NCBI RefSeq assembly: GCF_003704095.1
Contig: NW_020846109.1
Location: 372,001-436,000, forward strand
DNA length: 64,000 bases
Source: Pocillopora damicornis
Lineage: Eukaryota
Reading direction: 5' to 3'
Shown: piece after piece, positions 62,815-64,000 of the stretch
How positions within the stretch are numbered: position 1 is the first letter of the stretch
How the letters are laid out: each line of letters opens with the position of its first letter
Position numbers and translations under genes: made by a program
The notes under the pieces: model-generated
Databases searched by the model: none
What the model saw: the letters and a program-made list of their open reading frames with translations, nothing else
Told to the model about the DNA's origin: nothing

Positions 62815-63482
62815 TTCTGTGTTGCGCTCAAAGGCACTAACAGACAATTAAGTTGTTTCGTGGAGTCTTCAGTTCAACACGGCAGCTGCCTCAAATTCAG
62901 AGATAATTTTGCGTTTAACTGGTAGATTAATGAATGATGCCAAATTATTACTCGGCGTTATTCTTACTTAAGTCAACCAACACCTGTTTATTTACAAATA
63001 ATCGCGACAGTCAACCAACTATATCACTGTAGCTAATTTAATCAGTTATATGAACGAACCATTCCTTGGATGATTTCCGCCGAGAGCCTCAAAAGTAGTA
63101 GCTGAGCTGATCTGGGGGCTCGCTAAGACTCTTGTAGCTTCTGCTCCCCATAAAGCATTCCCGACTCAGCAAACCACACGGTCTTCATAATTATTTTGGA
63201 ATTTTGATTTGCATTCTACAGGACACCTGTAGTTTTCCTTTAAGAACAACTTCGGAACTGATTGTTTAATCACTGACTTATCTGCTCTGTAATGAACCTG
63301 TTAATGTTCCTCTAATTACAAGATTTTTCTGTCTGTCTGACTCACACTTTCAAAGATACACACAAAGAAAGGAGTCGAGCTCCACTAAGCAATGAAAAAA
63401 GAAATTCAAAAACCGTGTAGCTGTTCCTGTCGTATGCTTATCTGAATAATCTAAAAAAATTATAAGAAAGAAAATTCTGCAC

Positions 63483-63551
63483 TTAATAATTAACCACGCT
63501 ACCGACTGCGGTATTCTTACAACCGCAGACGGTAACGTGGTTAATTATTAA
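63483..63551. repeat. Near-perfect 69-nt inverted repeat (30-bp arms, 2 mismatches, 9-nt loop)
   Basis: TTAATAATTAACCACGCTACCGACTGCGGT-attcttaca-ACCGCAGACGGTAACGTGGTTAATTATTAA. Confidence 0.9.
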
Positions 63552-63699
63552 AATAAACTCGGTGTAGATATGAAACTGCATCTCTGCAAGACGAAAGTAT
63601 CCTGGCTGGGATTCATTGTGTAGGTCACACAACAGTGCTCGGAATGTTGTTTTAAGGCAAGTTCAGCGGACGGCTGTCGGGAAAATGCTCCTGAGACTA

Positions 63700-64000
63700 A
63701 CCAACAACGACTTCGATTTCCTATGACGTATAAGGTCCGAAATCGGACAGGTCCGACCGAAAACAGACGGAAGCGTCCAAAATTGTAGTACAACATCCGA
63801 AATCGGAGGCTAGCCTGATAGCTTTCTAGGTCAGATGAAAACATCCTAAATCGGACAAAAGCGTCCGAAATTGGATGAGAGCGCCTGAATTTGGACAGTA
63901 GCCTCAAAAATTGGACGATAGCGTGCAAAACCACGCGATCTCGACCAAAATCGGTCGGAAAAAGACGAAAACGCCTAAAATCGGAAGAAAGCGTCCGAAG
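63700..64000. repeat. Degenerate tandem array of (CGTCCG)AAATCGGA(C) units running off the window edge
   Basis: Recurrent GTCCGAAATCGGAC, CATCCGAAATCGGAG, AAATCGGACAAAAGCGTCCGAAATTGGA, AAATCGGAAGAAAGCGTCCGA. Confidence 0.7.

Noticed and set aside
63548-63934. 128-aa minus-strand ORF with recurring RFR motifs
   Set aside because: By-product of the tandem repeat.
1-64000. CRISPR arrays, operons, rRNA or genuine tRNA genes
   Set aside because: None seen. The DNA is eukaryotic with spliceosomal introns, and the tRNA-like A/B boxes belong to SINE heads without a full cloverleaf.

Overview
Eukaryotic, AT-rich, intron-rich animal genomic DNA. The repeat families and gene styles suggest an anthozoan cnidarian (stony-coral-like), but this is inference. 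The ORF track is mostly exon fragments or noise, so genes were assembled by hand and checked for exon phase. In order: (1) a 5'-truncated ENPP4/5/6-like phosphodiesterase with no introns in view (+, <3-1205); (2) a 22-exon hnRNP L-like gene (-, 5312-28077, ~766 aa) that uses four intron classes, including two U12 minor-spliceosome introns (one AT-AC, one GT-AG) and a GC-AG intron; (3) head-to-head with it, an 8-exon RING-HC protein with an APLF-like acidic motif and SIM-like motifs (+, 28333-33212); (4) UBE2G1 (-, 36463-39323); (5) head-to-head with that, a 21-exon RRM + F-box + LRR protein (+, 39834-50374); (6) a PRRT3/4-like multi-pass membrane protein (-, 51942-53027); (7) a two-pore K+ channel (-, 60715-62814). 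Introns carry TTAA-flanked piggyBac-like MITEs, tRNA-derived SINE remnants and palindromic MITEs. The best candidates for something new are the minor-intron-rich hnRNP L with a candidate poison exon, and a compact RNA-binding/ubiquitin cluster (RBP<->RING E3, E2<->RRM-F-box).
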